Part shown: in pieces, positions 51,030 through 60,228 of the stretch
Position numbering within the stretch: the stretch's first letter is position 1
How the letters are laid out: each line of letters starts with the position of its first letter
Source of the DNA: Promethearchaeota archaeon
Lineage (GTDB): Archaea > Asgardarchaeota > Lokiarchaeia > Sigyniarchaeales > SOKP01
DNA: 64,000 nt
NCBI GenBank assembly: GCA_011364975.1
Contig: RDOE01000003.1
Span: forward strand, 14,565 to 78,564
Reading direction: 5' to 3'
The notes under the pieces: generated by a model
What the model was told of the DNA's origin: nothing
The model's input: the letters and a program-made list of their open reading frames with translations, nothing else
Databases searched by the model: none
Made by a program: the position numbers and the translations under genes

Positions 51030-51914
51030 TTATAACTTTATTTCATCAATCGTGCCTCTAAACACTCTTGTAGCAGGACCTTCCATAAAAACAGTTTCTC
51101 CTGTGTATGTAATGATTAAATCGCCACCATCATTATGTACAGTTACAGATTGATCTTTTTTGAACATTCCAGTGATAGAACCAGCAACTACTGCAGCACA
51201 CGTACCAGTGCCACATGAATTTGTGATACCAACACCTCGTTCAAATACTCTCAGTGTAGCTTCATTTTGAGATTGAACTTTTACAAATTCAACATTTATT
51301 TTTTTTGGAAACATGGAATTTGAACTAATAGTAGCACCATAACGATTCAATTCTTCATTGTTTGGAAGATTTTCTGTAAATATGATCGCATGAGGATTTC
51401 CCATAGATACTGCGGTAAACTTAAATATCTTATCTATAGCTACAATTGTTTCATTTACACATTTATCATTCAAACCTTCATTAATTACAGGTATTTCATC
51501 ACAGGATAATATAGGGGCACCCATGTCAATCTTAACAGATTCCACAATATCATCCATTACTTTTAATTCCGCATTAACAATCCGTTTTAAGGTCTCAACT
51601 TCGATCTTAAGCTTTTTACAAATATCATTCTCGTATATGTATTTAGAGAAACATCGAATGCCATTACCACACATTTCTGCTTCTGACCCATCTGGATTAA
51701 ATATCCTCATACTTAAATCTTTTTCTTTAGCAGGGCAAACTAATATCAATCCATCCGCCCCAATAGAAAAGTGCGGTTGACATAATATTTTTGCTAAATT
51801 TCCCATTTTATTTTCTGGTATTTTCCATTTCAGATTATTAATTAGGATATAATCGTTACCAAGCCCATGAAACTTCTCAAAATCAACATTTTGTAAAAAA
51901 TAATCATTTACCAA
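51030..51914 (-). CDS. dapF: Diaminopimelate epimerase
   Basis: KFHGLGNDY, NPDGSEAEMCGNG.RC, SMGNPH and ERGVG.T.SCGTG; TTG start behind GGAGTGAT. Confidence 0.97.
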   Translation of the reverse strand: MVNDYFLQNVDFEKFHGLGNDYILINNLKWKIPENKMGNLAKILCQPHFSIGADGLILVCPAKEKDLSMRIFNPDGSEAEMCGNGIRCFSKYIYENDICKKLKIEVETLKRIVNAELKVMDDIVESVKIDMGAPILSCDEIPVINEGLNDKCVNETIVAIDKIFKFTAVSMGNPHAIIFTENLPNNEELNRYGATISSNSMFPKKINVEFVKVQSQNEATLRVFERGVGITNSCGTGTCAAVVAGSITGMFKKDQSVTVHNDGGDLIITYTGETVFMEGPATRVFRGTIDEIKL

Positions 51915-52074
51915 TATTATATCACTCCAAATTCATGAATTAAATAATAATCCTTACAGATAAAAAAACCTAATACATATATTAGCAAATTCACATCATT
52001 GTTCATAAAAATTACTATTATGCTTTACAAAAAGCTTAAGATATTTTATTTATTATGAATCTTATCAATAGTAT

Positions 52075-52605
52075 ATGTCTCTAATTATGAAACAGAAACT
52101 TTTAACCTTATCACTTTTCTCATTGTTGTTCCTAATACCATTATCTAATGCATTAGCTTTTGATCACATCGATAATATTAATGATGGAATTTCGGTTTTC
52201 TTTTTAACACATTTAGATAATTCAGATTATTTTGAAGTTAATATTACGCACCTCGGAGAAGGGAACTTTACATTATTTTTATTTGATTCAAGACCCACTG
52301 AATCCTTCGTTAAAGCTGAGAAAACTTTGGATTCTCGAATTTATGAATATGCAATTAATTATAGTATAGATGATAATCCTTATCTTTTCCATAATATTTC
52401 AGAATCAGGAATTTATTATATCCAATTGATTTTAGTGAACAACGGACCAGATACATTTTTTCTTTACAGCAATAAAGAATTAACTCGATATTACTTACCA
52501 CTCATTCCAGGATACTCAGTAGGATTAACGATTGTTGTTTTATTATTATCAAGTACTTTTATAATAACTTATAGAAAGAGAATTTTCCATTTAAAAGGCG
52601 AATAA
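52075..52605 (+). CDS. Secreted/surface protein with Loki-CTERM-like sorting tail
   Basis: N-terminal signal peptide; C-terminal IPGY plus TM helix plus RKR. Confidence 0.7.
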   Translation: MSLIMKQKLLTLSLFSLLFLIPLSNALAFDHIDNINDGISVFFLTHLDNSDYFEVNITHLGEGNFTLFLFDSRPTESFVKAEKTLDSRIYEYAINYSIDDNPYLFHNISESGIYYIQLILVNNGPDTFFLYSNKELTRYYLPLIPGYSVGLTIVVLLLSSTFIITYRKRIFHLKGE

Positions 52606-52808
52606 TTCTTTATTTATCATAATGTTAAATATTATTACTTGGACGAAAATTATTTTGAACTAATTTTGTATAAAAAACCCCTTTAAATAACGAATTTCGA
52701 AGTCAAACCTATTTAAAGTATGTTTAATTTCTAAAAATATATTATCAAAAATCGAAAGCGTGATTAAAAATTTCATTTGAGGAGATTAGCAAACAGTTTG
52801 CAAAATTA

Positions 52809-53960
52809 TTGAAAGATACTGAGGAGGTTGAATTAAAAAATGTCGATCTCTTTGCGGAGTATCTGGAATTTCAAATGCTTCCTAGCATCGTACAAGCAGC
52901 TGCTCAAGCCGTCTTACCCGGTATTGGAAAAGCAGAATGGACATCAACTAAATTTTCTCTTGATATAAACTTCCCTGGGAAAATTGAAACTATCGAATTT
53001 ATTCGATCAAATGGGAAAAAGGCAGTTATAGGGGGAGAAGTTGTTCCACCATTTTACAATTTTCTTGGTCTTGATAAAAGAAATCCCCATCCACCGTTGG
53101 TCACTTACGACGTATTTGATATGGGAAGTGAAATGATGCTCCCAAAACCAATTAAAGAAGAATATAAAGATGTATTAGCTAAACCCCCACAATGGGCTAA
53201 ATTTGCAGTAGATAAATTCGGAGCAGAATGCATTACTTTTCACTCTCTTGGTATTGATCCAGGTACATTAAATTGGCCTGTCTCTAAATCGAAAAAATTA
53301 TTTGAAGATATCTTACAAGCGGTTGACGTGCCGGTGATTATTGGCTGTTCTGGAAACAAAGAAAAAGATGTTGAAATGTTTAAAGAATTGGCCGCAGTTT
53401 CCGAAAGCGAAGTATTAATGTTATCGGCAGCAGATAAAGCTACATGGGAAGAGGTTATACCTTTAGCAGTTAAGTATGACCATAATTGTCTTCTCTGGAC
53501 CAGTCTAGACTTAAATAATCAAATAAAAATGAACAAAGATGCATTAGAGTTAGGTTTACCAAAAAATAGAATTGTAATGGACCCAACTTGCGCCACTTTA
53601 GGCTACGGTATGGAGTATTCCTTCAGTATATATCAGAGGATGCGAGTTGCTGGGCTTTTAGGAGAAACTGATTTAGCATATCCAATCAGTGGAGGTACTA
53701 CTAATGCATGGGGAGCACGCGAGGCATGGATGAGTGAAAAGCAAGCACCTGAGTGGGGACCAAGAGATTACAGAGGACCAATCTGGGAAATTATTAATGC
53801 GTTATCCCTTTCTCTTGTAGGTTTAGATTTGGCCATGATGTTTCACCCTATTGCTGCAAAACATGTTAAGGAGATTACAAAACAATTCTTCGCGGAAATC
53901 CCGAAGCATCTCGAAGATAAAGGCTATTACGATTGGGTTTCTGCTCGGATTAAACGATAA
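52809..53960 (+). CDS. cdhD: Acetyl-CoA decarbonylase/synthase delta subunit (CoFeSP small subunit); start may lie a little upstream
   Basis: IGGE..PPFY.F, YDVFD, QAVDVP.IIG.SG..EKD, IVMDPT...LGYG.EYS, NAWGAREAW and WG....RGP.WE; frame open back to TGA at 52761. Confidence 0.92.
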   Translation: MKDTEEVELKNVDLFAEYLEFQMLPSIVQAAAQAVLPGIGKAEWTSTKFSLDINFPGKIETIEFIRSNGKKAVIGGEVVPPFYNFLGLDKRNPHPPLVTYDVFDMGSEMMLPKPIKEEYKDVLAKPPQWAKFAVDKFGAECITFHSLGIDPGTLNWPVSKSKKLFEDILQAVDVPVIIGCSGNKEKDVEMFKELAAVSESEVLMLSAADKATWEEVIPLAVKYDHNCLLWTSLDLNNQIKMNKDALELGLPKNRIVMDPTCATLGYGMEYSFSIYQRMRVAGLLGETDLAYPISGGTTNAWGAREAWMSEKQAPEWGPRDYRGPIWEIINALSLSLVGLDLAMMFHPIAAKHVKEITKQFFAEIPKHLEDKGYYDWVSARIKR

Positions 53961-54071
53961 GCTTCAAAAGTTTAAAACTTTATTTTTTTAAAATTATTAA
54001 ACCTTCTTTATCTCTAAATTTAAATCTATAAGTCAACTTTAATAAGTTGAATAACACCTTTTTTATGTAAA

Positions 54072-54362
54072 ATGATAGAATTTACTATAAACGAGCTTTT
54101 GGTCCTTAGACTCGAAGGTGGCTGCACCAACATCTACATAGGAGGAGAATACTTTTTTAATTGTAAGCGTCTTATATTGAACATTCCAAAAGAAAGCATA
54201 CGACTATTTGATGAAATTGATTCTATTGACGAAGCAGTAGAGATTTACGGTCATTCCATTTACGAAGGGGAAGTTCTTCGAGAAGGAGGGGGTGAGCCCG
54301 AAATAAAGGTGGAGTTTGAAGCTCCATTGATAAAATTCAAGAGATTTTTTAGGGATTTTTAA
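54072..54362 (+). pseudogene. Probable truncated copy of a lokiarchaeal multi-copy N-terminal domain often found on LRR proteins
   Basis: EF.IN..L.LRLE...TNIY..G..F..CK.L.LNIP......DEIDSIDEA pattern; ends before the EFWGHCSN-type motif I recall from full-length members. Confidence 0.5.
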
Positions 54363-54374
54363 TTCGCCAAAATT

Positions 54375-55292
54375 TTATTTAATTAAGACTTCTAAATTTC
54401 TTTTCAATCTTGGAAGGAATCGCAAACCATCAGATGGGTCGAACATTTTTATCTTAGAACTTAATGATGATATTAAGGGGTCATTAAAGTCACCATTAAG
54501 TAGCATCTTGGTTTCTTCTTCGGATACATCTTCAAATCGACCAGCTTTTTTAATCTCTTCCCTATTTCCCGGACAAAAGTATTGACATTTCATACAGCCC
54601 ATTAGGGCATTATGAACATTCATATCCATCCATTTCGGAAATTCTCCATCAATTTCATTATAGAGAGATAAACATTTTCCAGCATCAATTACAAAAGGTT
54701 CACCTCTAATCGCATTTGTAGGACAATTCTTTATGCAATAGATACAGTTTTCGCATTGGTCTATCATTTTAAGATCATGCCAGCTATCGTGTTCCATTTT
54801 ATAATTCGTATAGAAAGCATGTAGTGAAAAAAAACTGCCCATTCCATCAATATAACAAATGTTATTCCTACCGTATCTCCCAAGTCCACTCCTAACAGCT
54901 AATATTTTTAAATGAAGTTGATTTCTTGCTTTTACAATATCATAACCTGGTTTCTTTATTATTACATTTAATACAAGCCCGTCAAGATCTTCAAGGGTTA
55001 ATCCATCATCATAATATGGAGGGGGTATCATTATATTGAATACTTTTCCATTTAGATGAAAATTTGCATACATCATTTTTGTAGAAGTTGCGAGAATTAT
55101 CAGAGATTTTGCATCAGGAAGTGTTTCTGGTATCACAAACTCCTTATTACTTAAGTAATAACGATACGTTTTATGATTACTAAGGACTCCTATGCGATTT
55201 AGTCTATCAAAATCTTCTTGTAAATCATCAAGATGGTCAACAGACACAGATTTATAATGATATCTGATTCCTTTAATATTTGGATAACTCAT
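54375..55292 (-). CDS. QueG/reductive dehalogenase-like 2x[4Fe-4S] protein
   Basis: K.LAVRSGLG.YGRNN, CENCIYCIKNCP..A, C.S and GCMKCQYFCP. Confidence 0.8.
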   Translation of the reverse strand: MSYPNIKGIRYHYKSVSVDHLDDLQEDFDRLNRIGVLSNHKTYRYYLSNKEFVIPETLPDAKSLIILATSTKMMYANFHLNGKVFNIMIPPPYYDDGLTLEDLDGLVLNVIIKKPGYDIVKARNQLHLKILAVRSGLGRYGRNNICYIDGMGSFFSLHAFYTNYKMEHDSWHDLKMIDQCENCIYCIKNCPTNAIRGEPFVIDAGKCLSLYNEIDGEFPKWMDMNVHNALMGCMKCQYFCPGNREEIKKAGRFEDVSEEETKMLLNGDFNDPLISSLSSKIKMFDPSDGLRFLPRLKRNLEVLIK

Positions 55293-55512
55293 TGAAATAG
55301 AAATTTATATAATTATTTACATAATGCGTTAGTCAACTTATATAGTCTTTTACGATACACCCTATAATTACTTACTTAAAGAACTTTAATTCAATAAAAA
55401 AAGATAAATAAATTTTGTTAAATTTACTAACTTAGAGACTATATAGCTAAGCTTTTTATACTTTATTTAAGAAGATAGATTGGGAATAAGAAAAAGTATG
55501 GGGGTTGAATAA

Positions 55513-55620
55513 ATGAATTTTACTAAAATTTATACTTATTTACTAACTATTATTGGTATTTCAGCATTATCTGCGTTGGGTTATTTAATAATCCTTTTCG
55601 CAAGTTTAATTTTTCATTAA
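55513..55620 (+). CDS. Small single-TM peptide (35 aa)
   Basis: MNFTKIYTYLLTIIGISALSALGYLIILFASLIFH; GGGGTTGA SD-like motif just upstream. Confidence 0.5.
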   Translation: MNFTKIYTYLLTIIGISALSALGYLIILFASLIFH

Positions 55621-55832
55621 TTTAACTTTCCTTGATTTCACGCAAAAATTAGAATCTTCTTATTCACTATAGTGTCAATTTATAATGATTGATCAGAAAG
55701 GAAAAATTACTGTAATATTAAGATCAAAAATAATGAATATTAATAACTTTAATTTAGATTTTTACTACCCTAATCAATTCTTCTTCTTTCTTCAAATCAC
55801 AATTAACAACGAAATATCCTCGATTTATTATC

Positions 55833-56039
55833 CTATCGAGGAGACTGAGCATCGGGACGGGATTCAGTAGCGGGTTTTCCATCAATTCCCCAATGTGATT
55901 TTGGAATTTCATACACAATTACTTCTACTGCTTGAGAAGGAATACCCATCTTTACAAAGACTTCTGTAATTCCCGTAATTATTTGTTTAACCCTTTCTTC
56001 AGAGATTCCTTTCCACATATTAACATGTACAACTGGCAT
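55833..56039 (-). CDS. 4-oxalocrotonate tautomerase family protein
   Basis: (M)PVVHV catalytic Pro1, I..IT.VF...G.P..AV.V...E.P..HWGI.G. Confidence 0.9.
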   Translation of the reverse strand: MPVVHVNMWKGISEERVKQIITGITEVFVKMGIPSQAVEVIVYEIPKSHWGIDGKPATESRPDAQSPR

Positions 56040-56177
56040 ACATCTTATCTATTTATTCAAGTTCTTAAAATTTTTGAACGCGTAAAATTTGATTTAGGGG
56101 ATATTTTATTATTAATTAAAATAAATAAGGTTTATAGTAGATTAAAATTACCAATAAATCTTTGGAAGGTAAACAAG

Positions 56178-57389
56178 ATGTGGGTAAATGCTTGGGCATC
56201 TATGAGGATGGATAAAGATCAACGATGGTGGAGTTTTGAGTGGAATTTCATGGAATCCATAAGGAACCAAATGAATTTACCAGAAAGAATCATCATAAAA
56301 GATGATACTCTCCGAGAAGGAGAAGAAACACCTGGAACTTATTTCTCTATCGATCAGAAAATTGAGATCGCTAAATTATTAGAAGAAATGGGGATTCCAG
56401 AGGTAGAAGTCGGTTATGCTGCGGGTATTAAGGAACATGCGGAAACCTTTAAAGCTTTAAAAAAAGAGGGCATAAAAATGAAATTATCATCGCATGCAAG
56501 AATGTATGTTGAAGATATAAAAAAGGAAGTTGATGATATTTTAGCAGCAGAAGCAGATCATATTAACTTTTTACTAGTCCCTGGCCCTACTTTAAAGACA
56601 AAAAATGATGTATTGAATAGAATTTCTGAGGGAATCAGTTATGCCAAGGATCAAGGAGTTTATGTAGCATTTGGCTCTGGACGTGTGATTCCAAGGTATT
56701 GGGAAAGATTTCTCCATCTTGCGGTTGAGGCTGGAGTTGATAGAGTCGTAGTATATGATGGAAATGGATGTGCTCTCCCATTAGCATTTAAGGACGTAGT
56801 AATGGTTACTAAAAATATCGTAAAAAATATTCCTGTTGAAGTTCATACTCATCAAGATCTAGGGCTTGCCGTGGCAAATACACTTGCTGGGGTTGAAGGA
56901 GGAGCTGAAGTGGTCGATGTTGTCTTTAATGGTTTAGGAGATCGAGCTGGTAATGCGGCAACCGAGGAAGTTATTATGGCTCTTGAAATTTTATACGGAA
57001 TCAATTTAAATTTAAAACTAGACATGATTATGGAGGTTTCTCAGCTTATAGAGAAATATAGTAAAACCCCGTTACAACCTCATAAAGCGATAGTAGGAAA
57101 AAATTGCTTTATTCATGAATCAGATTTACATATTGAACAAATTATAAGAGGGAATTGGGTGACCTGGGAACTATTTCAGCCTCAAGTAGTAGGACAATCG
57201 CGTAAGTTAATATTTGGTTCTACGACGTTACAAAATAGGGCGATAAGAGCAAAATTAGAGAAAATGGGCTTAGAACCAAATGAAGAGCAACTAACAGTCA
57301 TACTAGATCATATTAAAGAAAAAATATTATCCCAAAACTTCATATCTGAGAAAGAGCTCGAAGAATTAGCTAAGGGAGTCATAAAATAG
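56178..57389 (+). CDS. DRE-TIM acyl-CoA condensing enzyme (homocitrate/isopropylmalate/citramalate synthase-like), no regulatory domain
   Basis: DDTLREGEET, HTHQDLGLAVAN, NGLGDRAGNA..EE and KAIVG.N.F.HES; likely start ATG 56178 or slightly later, not the track's 55932. Confidence 0.85.
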   Translation: MWVNAWASMRMDKDQRWWSFEWNFMESIRNQMNLPERIIIKDDTLREGEETPGTYFSIDQKIEIAKLLEEMGIPEVEVGYAAGIKEHAETFKALKKEGIKMKLSSHARMYVEDIKKEVDDILAAEADHINFLLVPGPTLKTKNDVLNRISEGISYAKDQGVYVAFGSGRVIPRYWERFLHLAVEAGVDRVVVYDGNGCALPLAFKDVVMVTKNIVKNIPVEVHTHQDLGLAVANTLAGVEGGAEVVDVVFNGLGDRAGNAATEEVIMALEILYGINLNLKLDMIMEVSQLIEKYSKTPLQPHKAIVGKNCFIHESDLHIEQIIRGNWVTWELFQPQVVGQSRKLIFGSTTLQNRAIRAKLEKMGLEPNEEQLTVILDHIKEKILSQNFISEKELEELAKGVIK

Positions 57390-57425
57390 GTTTTTTAATT
57401 TTCAAATCATAACTCTTTAGAATTC

Positions 57426-58013
57426 TTATTTCAAGAATTTATTTAGGATTTCAATTGCTCGAGAGAAGTTGAAAATTCCACAAATACATGGTTTGGCTAG
57501 CCGTTGTGCGGCTCTTTCAACAGAAATTTTTCCTTCTTCAACTAATTTGAGATAATATTCAACAGATTGAGGGGATATGCAGTGATGTCCACACATTGTT
57601 GTTATTTCTAAAATTTCGGGATCTTTAGGAAGTAAATCTTTATTTCCAAATACTCCTAAAGAAAGATGAACAGTATGCATCTTCAATTCCGATTCCCTTA
57701 ACAGTTCTTTAATTTCTGATATTAAACCACTAATTACAATTGAAATTCCTAAATTCTCCTTCTTCAAAGCGTTAATTATCATTTTCACATTATCTATATC
57801 ATCATAAACAGCTGTGATGACCGGGCTAACACTCCAAGTAAATTTTTGTATCATATTTACAGGGTTGTTTCGATTGAAAATCTCAGCAATTTTTATTATT
57901 TTTTCACGAGCTTTAGGGTCTTCCCTATTATAATCTTTTGCTAAGCACGACAAGAGCACAATATCTTTTCTTAAACTTTCCACATTTCCTTGTCTATGTA
58001 AAGAATGAGTAAT
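57426..58013 (-). CDS. Conserved hypothetical Cys/His-motif protein; ATT start upstream of the track's 57983
   Basis: The extension reads (M)THSLHRQGNVESL with GAGGT before ATT 58013; C-terminal TTMCGHHCI and CICGIFN. Confidence 0.75.
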   Translation of the reverse strand: MTHSLHRQGNVESLRKDIVLLSCLAKDYNREDPKAREKIIKIAEIFNRNNPVNMIQKFTWSVSPVITAVYDDIDNVKMIINALKKENLGISIVISGLISEIKELLRESELKMHTVHLSLGVFGNKDLLPKDPEILEITTMCGHHCISPQSVEYYLKLVEEGKISVERAAQRLAKPCICGIFNFSRAIEILNKFLK

Positions 58014-58029
58014 CTTGTTTACCTCTCAG

Positions 58030-58731
58030 TTATAGTTTTCCTAAACCTATATTTATTTTAGCATTAGGCTGGATGGTAAACCCTTTCCTTTCTACTGAAT
58101 CTATTACTGGGATTGTATTATCTTGGTTTACTCTAGTAATTATTCCAACACTAAATACAGTATCGATGATTTTTTCTACCTCTCTAATCATTTCGAGAAT
58201 TGCGTCTAACTTATATTCAGGTATCTTAAATTCGATGAATGCCGAAAGCACTCTCTCCCCTCTTAATGTTGGGTCAATATGGCCTTGATTATCGCTTATA
58301 ATAGCGGTTATTGGACTATCTTTTTCATAAGAAACTCCTATTGTAGATAGTCGAGTAGTGAATATTTCAATATCTCCTAATTGAGTACCAACACCAGGTC
58401 TTCCAAGCTCTATTGAAAAACCTATTTCATTCTGTTTAAAACGCTCTGTAATATCATTAGTTTTCATTTCTTCAGTTCCTCTTCCAGGTATACCTGTAAG
58501 TTTATGAGTTGCTACAACACTACTGAAGGGGTTCCTAATTATTCTAGGCCATTTAAGTTTTTCTGGTTTAATTGCTTTAGTTGGGCAATCAGAGTTGTGA
58601 TAACAAACACTACATTCAACACATTTTTCTCTATCAATTTCTGCTTTTTCATTTACTAATTCAATTGCTTGAACAGGACAAATAATCATACATTGTCTGC
58701 AACCAATGCATAGATCTTTATTAATTAACAT
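58030..58731 (-). CDS. 2x[4Fe-4S] ferredoxin-domain protein with an uncharacterised C-terminal domain
   Basis: CIGCRQCMIICP and CVECSVC.....CP; GRGTEEMKTND and ELGRPG motifs. Confidence 0.85.
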   Translation of the reverse strand: MLINKDLCIGCRQCMIICPVQAIELVNEKAEIDREKCVECSVCYHNSDCPTKAIKPEKLKWPRIIRNPFSSVVATHKLTGIPGRGTEEMKTNDITERFKQNEIGFSIELGRPGVGTQLGDIEIFTTRLSTIGVSYEKDSPITAIISDNQGHIDPTLRGERVLSAFIEFKIPEYKLDAILEMIREVEKIIDTVFSVGIITRVNQDNTIPVIDSVERKGFTIQPNAKINIGLGKL

Positions 58732-58748
58732 CTTCGAAACACTATAGT

Positions 58749-60038
58749 TTACGATTTTCCTGAGTTAATTCTTTCCATATCTTTTGAAAGATTTTTAAAT
58801 ATAGGTATGCAAAATAGACTACAAATTAACGCTAAGATTGCTAATAATACATAACCTGGGCTATAATAATTATTAAAAGTTAGAAAGAATTGACCAAGAA
58901 GGATCAGACTTATACTTCTTCCAAATGAATATGCTAAGTAATTAATTGAGTAAATCGTGGATCTTATTTGAGGCGGATTTACCTCTCCAAGAGTAGCTTG
59001 AGTAAGTGGATCTATCCCTCCAAACAAAAATGCTCCTGAAAATGCAAATATGAGAAATATGAATGCTGAAATAAGGCTAGTAGAAATAAAAAATAAAGAA
59101 AATCCAATTATGTAAAGGATCGATCCACAAGAAAGACATATAAGAGCTATTTTCATACGACCATTAATATCTTTTATGTGTAATTTATCCCCTAATTTTC
59201 CAAAAATAGGACCACTCGGTACTTGGCTCCCAAAAACTACAATTAAAAATATAGTTGCCAACGTAGAACTAAGAAGGTAATCATTCTTGAGCATAGAAAT
59301 AAAAAATGATGATATTGACCCTATTGCGATAAACATGGCAAAATTAAATAACAAAATCCAAATGGTTGACTTTATTTTTCCAATTTTTTTTATGTCTTCG
59401 ATCCGTATTTTGTAGTCAATTTTTTCTTGTTCTTTATCCAATTGGTTATAAACTTTATCCAAACCTCCTCTCCTCGGTTCATTAACGAAAAATAATAATC
59501 CCGCACAAATAAAACCCCCAACAGAAACGATTATAAGAGGAGTTTGCCATGGATATGCATCAATTAAGAATCCAGAAAGAACTTGACCTAATCCATTTCC
59601 TAAAACATATATTGCACTTAATAACCCAAATTCTTTCCCTCTTTTTTCGGGTTCAACAAAATCAACGGTTAAAGAAAAAACTAAAGGTAAGGCGGCTCCA
59701 AAACCTATTGCGGTAAATATTTGAAATAATAAAAGGGAAAAAAAATCAAAGGCAATAGTAGTGAGCATAATAAGAATTGACCATTCAAACGTGGCAATAA
59801 TTAACAAAATTTTTCGGCTGATTTTATCTCCTAATAAAGCCCAGAAGATTGAACTAATCGCAGCAACCATTAAAAATATTGAATTTATTGTACTTATTGC
59901 TTCTTCGCTTTCTAGAGCTAACGCAATCGAAAGCTCTTTCGCCATCGGCGTAATTACACTAAATAAAGCAGATGAGAAAAACGTTAATAATATTAATATT
60001 TTCAAAGAAGAAAGTTTTTTCATCAATACCAATTGCAT
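58749..60038 (-). CDS. MFS transporter
   Basis: About 12 TM helices, motif A-like LGDKISRK, D.V.PEKRG and VNPPQIRS. Confidence 0.9.
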   Translation of the reverse strand: MQLVLMKKLSSLKILILLTFFSSALFSVITPMAKELSIALALESEEAISTINSIFLMVAAISSIFWALLGDKISRKILLIIATFEWSILIMLTTIAFDFFSLLLFQIFTAIGFGAALPLVFSLTVDFVEPEKRGKEFGLLSAIYVLGNGLGQVLSGFLIDAYPWQTPLIIVSVGGFICAGLLFFVNEPRRGGLDKVYNQLDKEQEKIDYKIRIEDIKKIGKIKSTIWILLFNFAMFIAIGSISSFFISMLKNDYLLSSTLATIFLIVVFGSQVPSGPIFGKLGDKLHIKDINGRMKIALICLSCGSILYIIGFSLFFISTSLISAFIFLIFAFSGAFLFGGIDPLTQATLGEVNPPQIRSTIYSINYLAYSFGRSISLILLGQFFLTFNNYYSPGYVLLAILALICSLFCIPIFKNLSKDMERINSGKS

Positions 60039-60228
60039 AACTAAATTAATTAATAATAACTAGATTGTTCCATATTTAATTCTTTAATTTTTTGGGATTT
60101 ATATGAAAAATTAATAAAGGTATAAAAAAAATGGAATATCAATTAAGAGAAATTTATTTCTCCCATATATAATTCATTTATATCTACTTTACACCATCAA
60201 ATTACCATTAAAGAGGATTAATATTTTG

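Noticed and set aside
55685-55870. 61-aa plus-strand ORF
   Set aside because: Low-complexity AT-rich translation overlapping the tautomerase 3' end; no motif or SD.
55932-56177. N-terminal 82 aa of the track's 485-aa ORF
   Set aside because: It overlaps the opposite-strand tautomerase gene and an AT-rich promoter region; similarity to the paralogue begins after ATG 56178.
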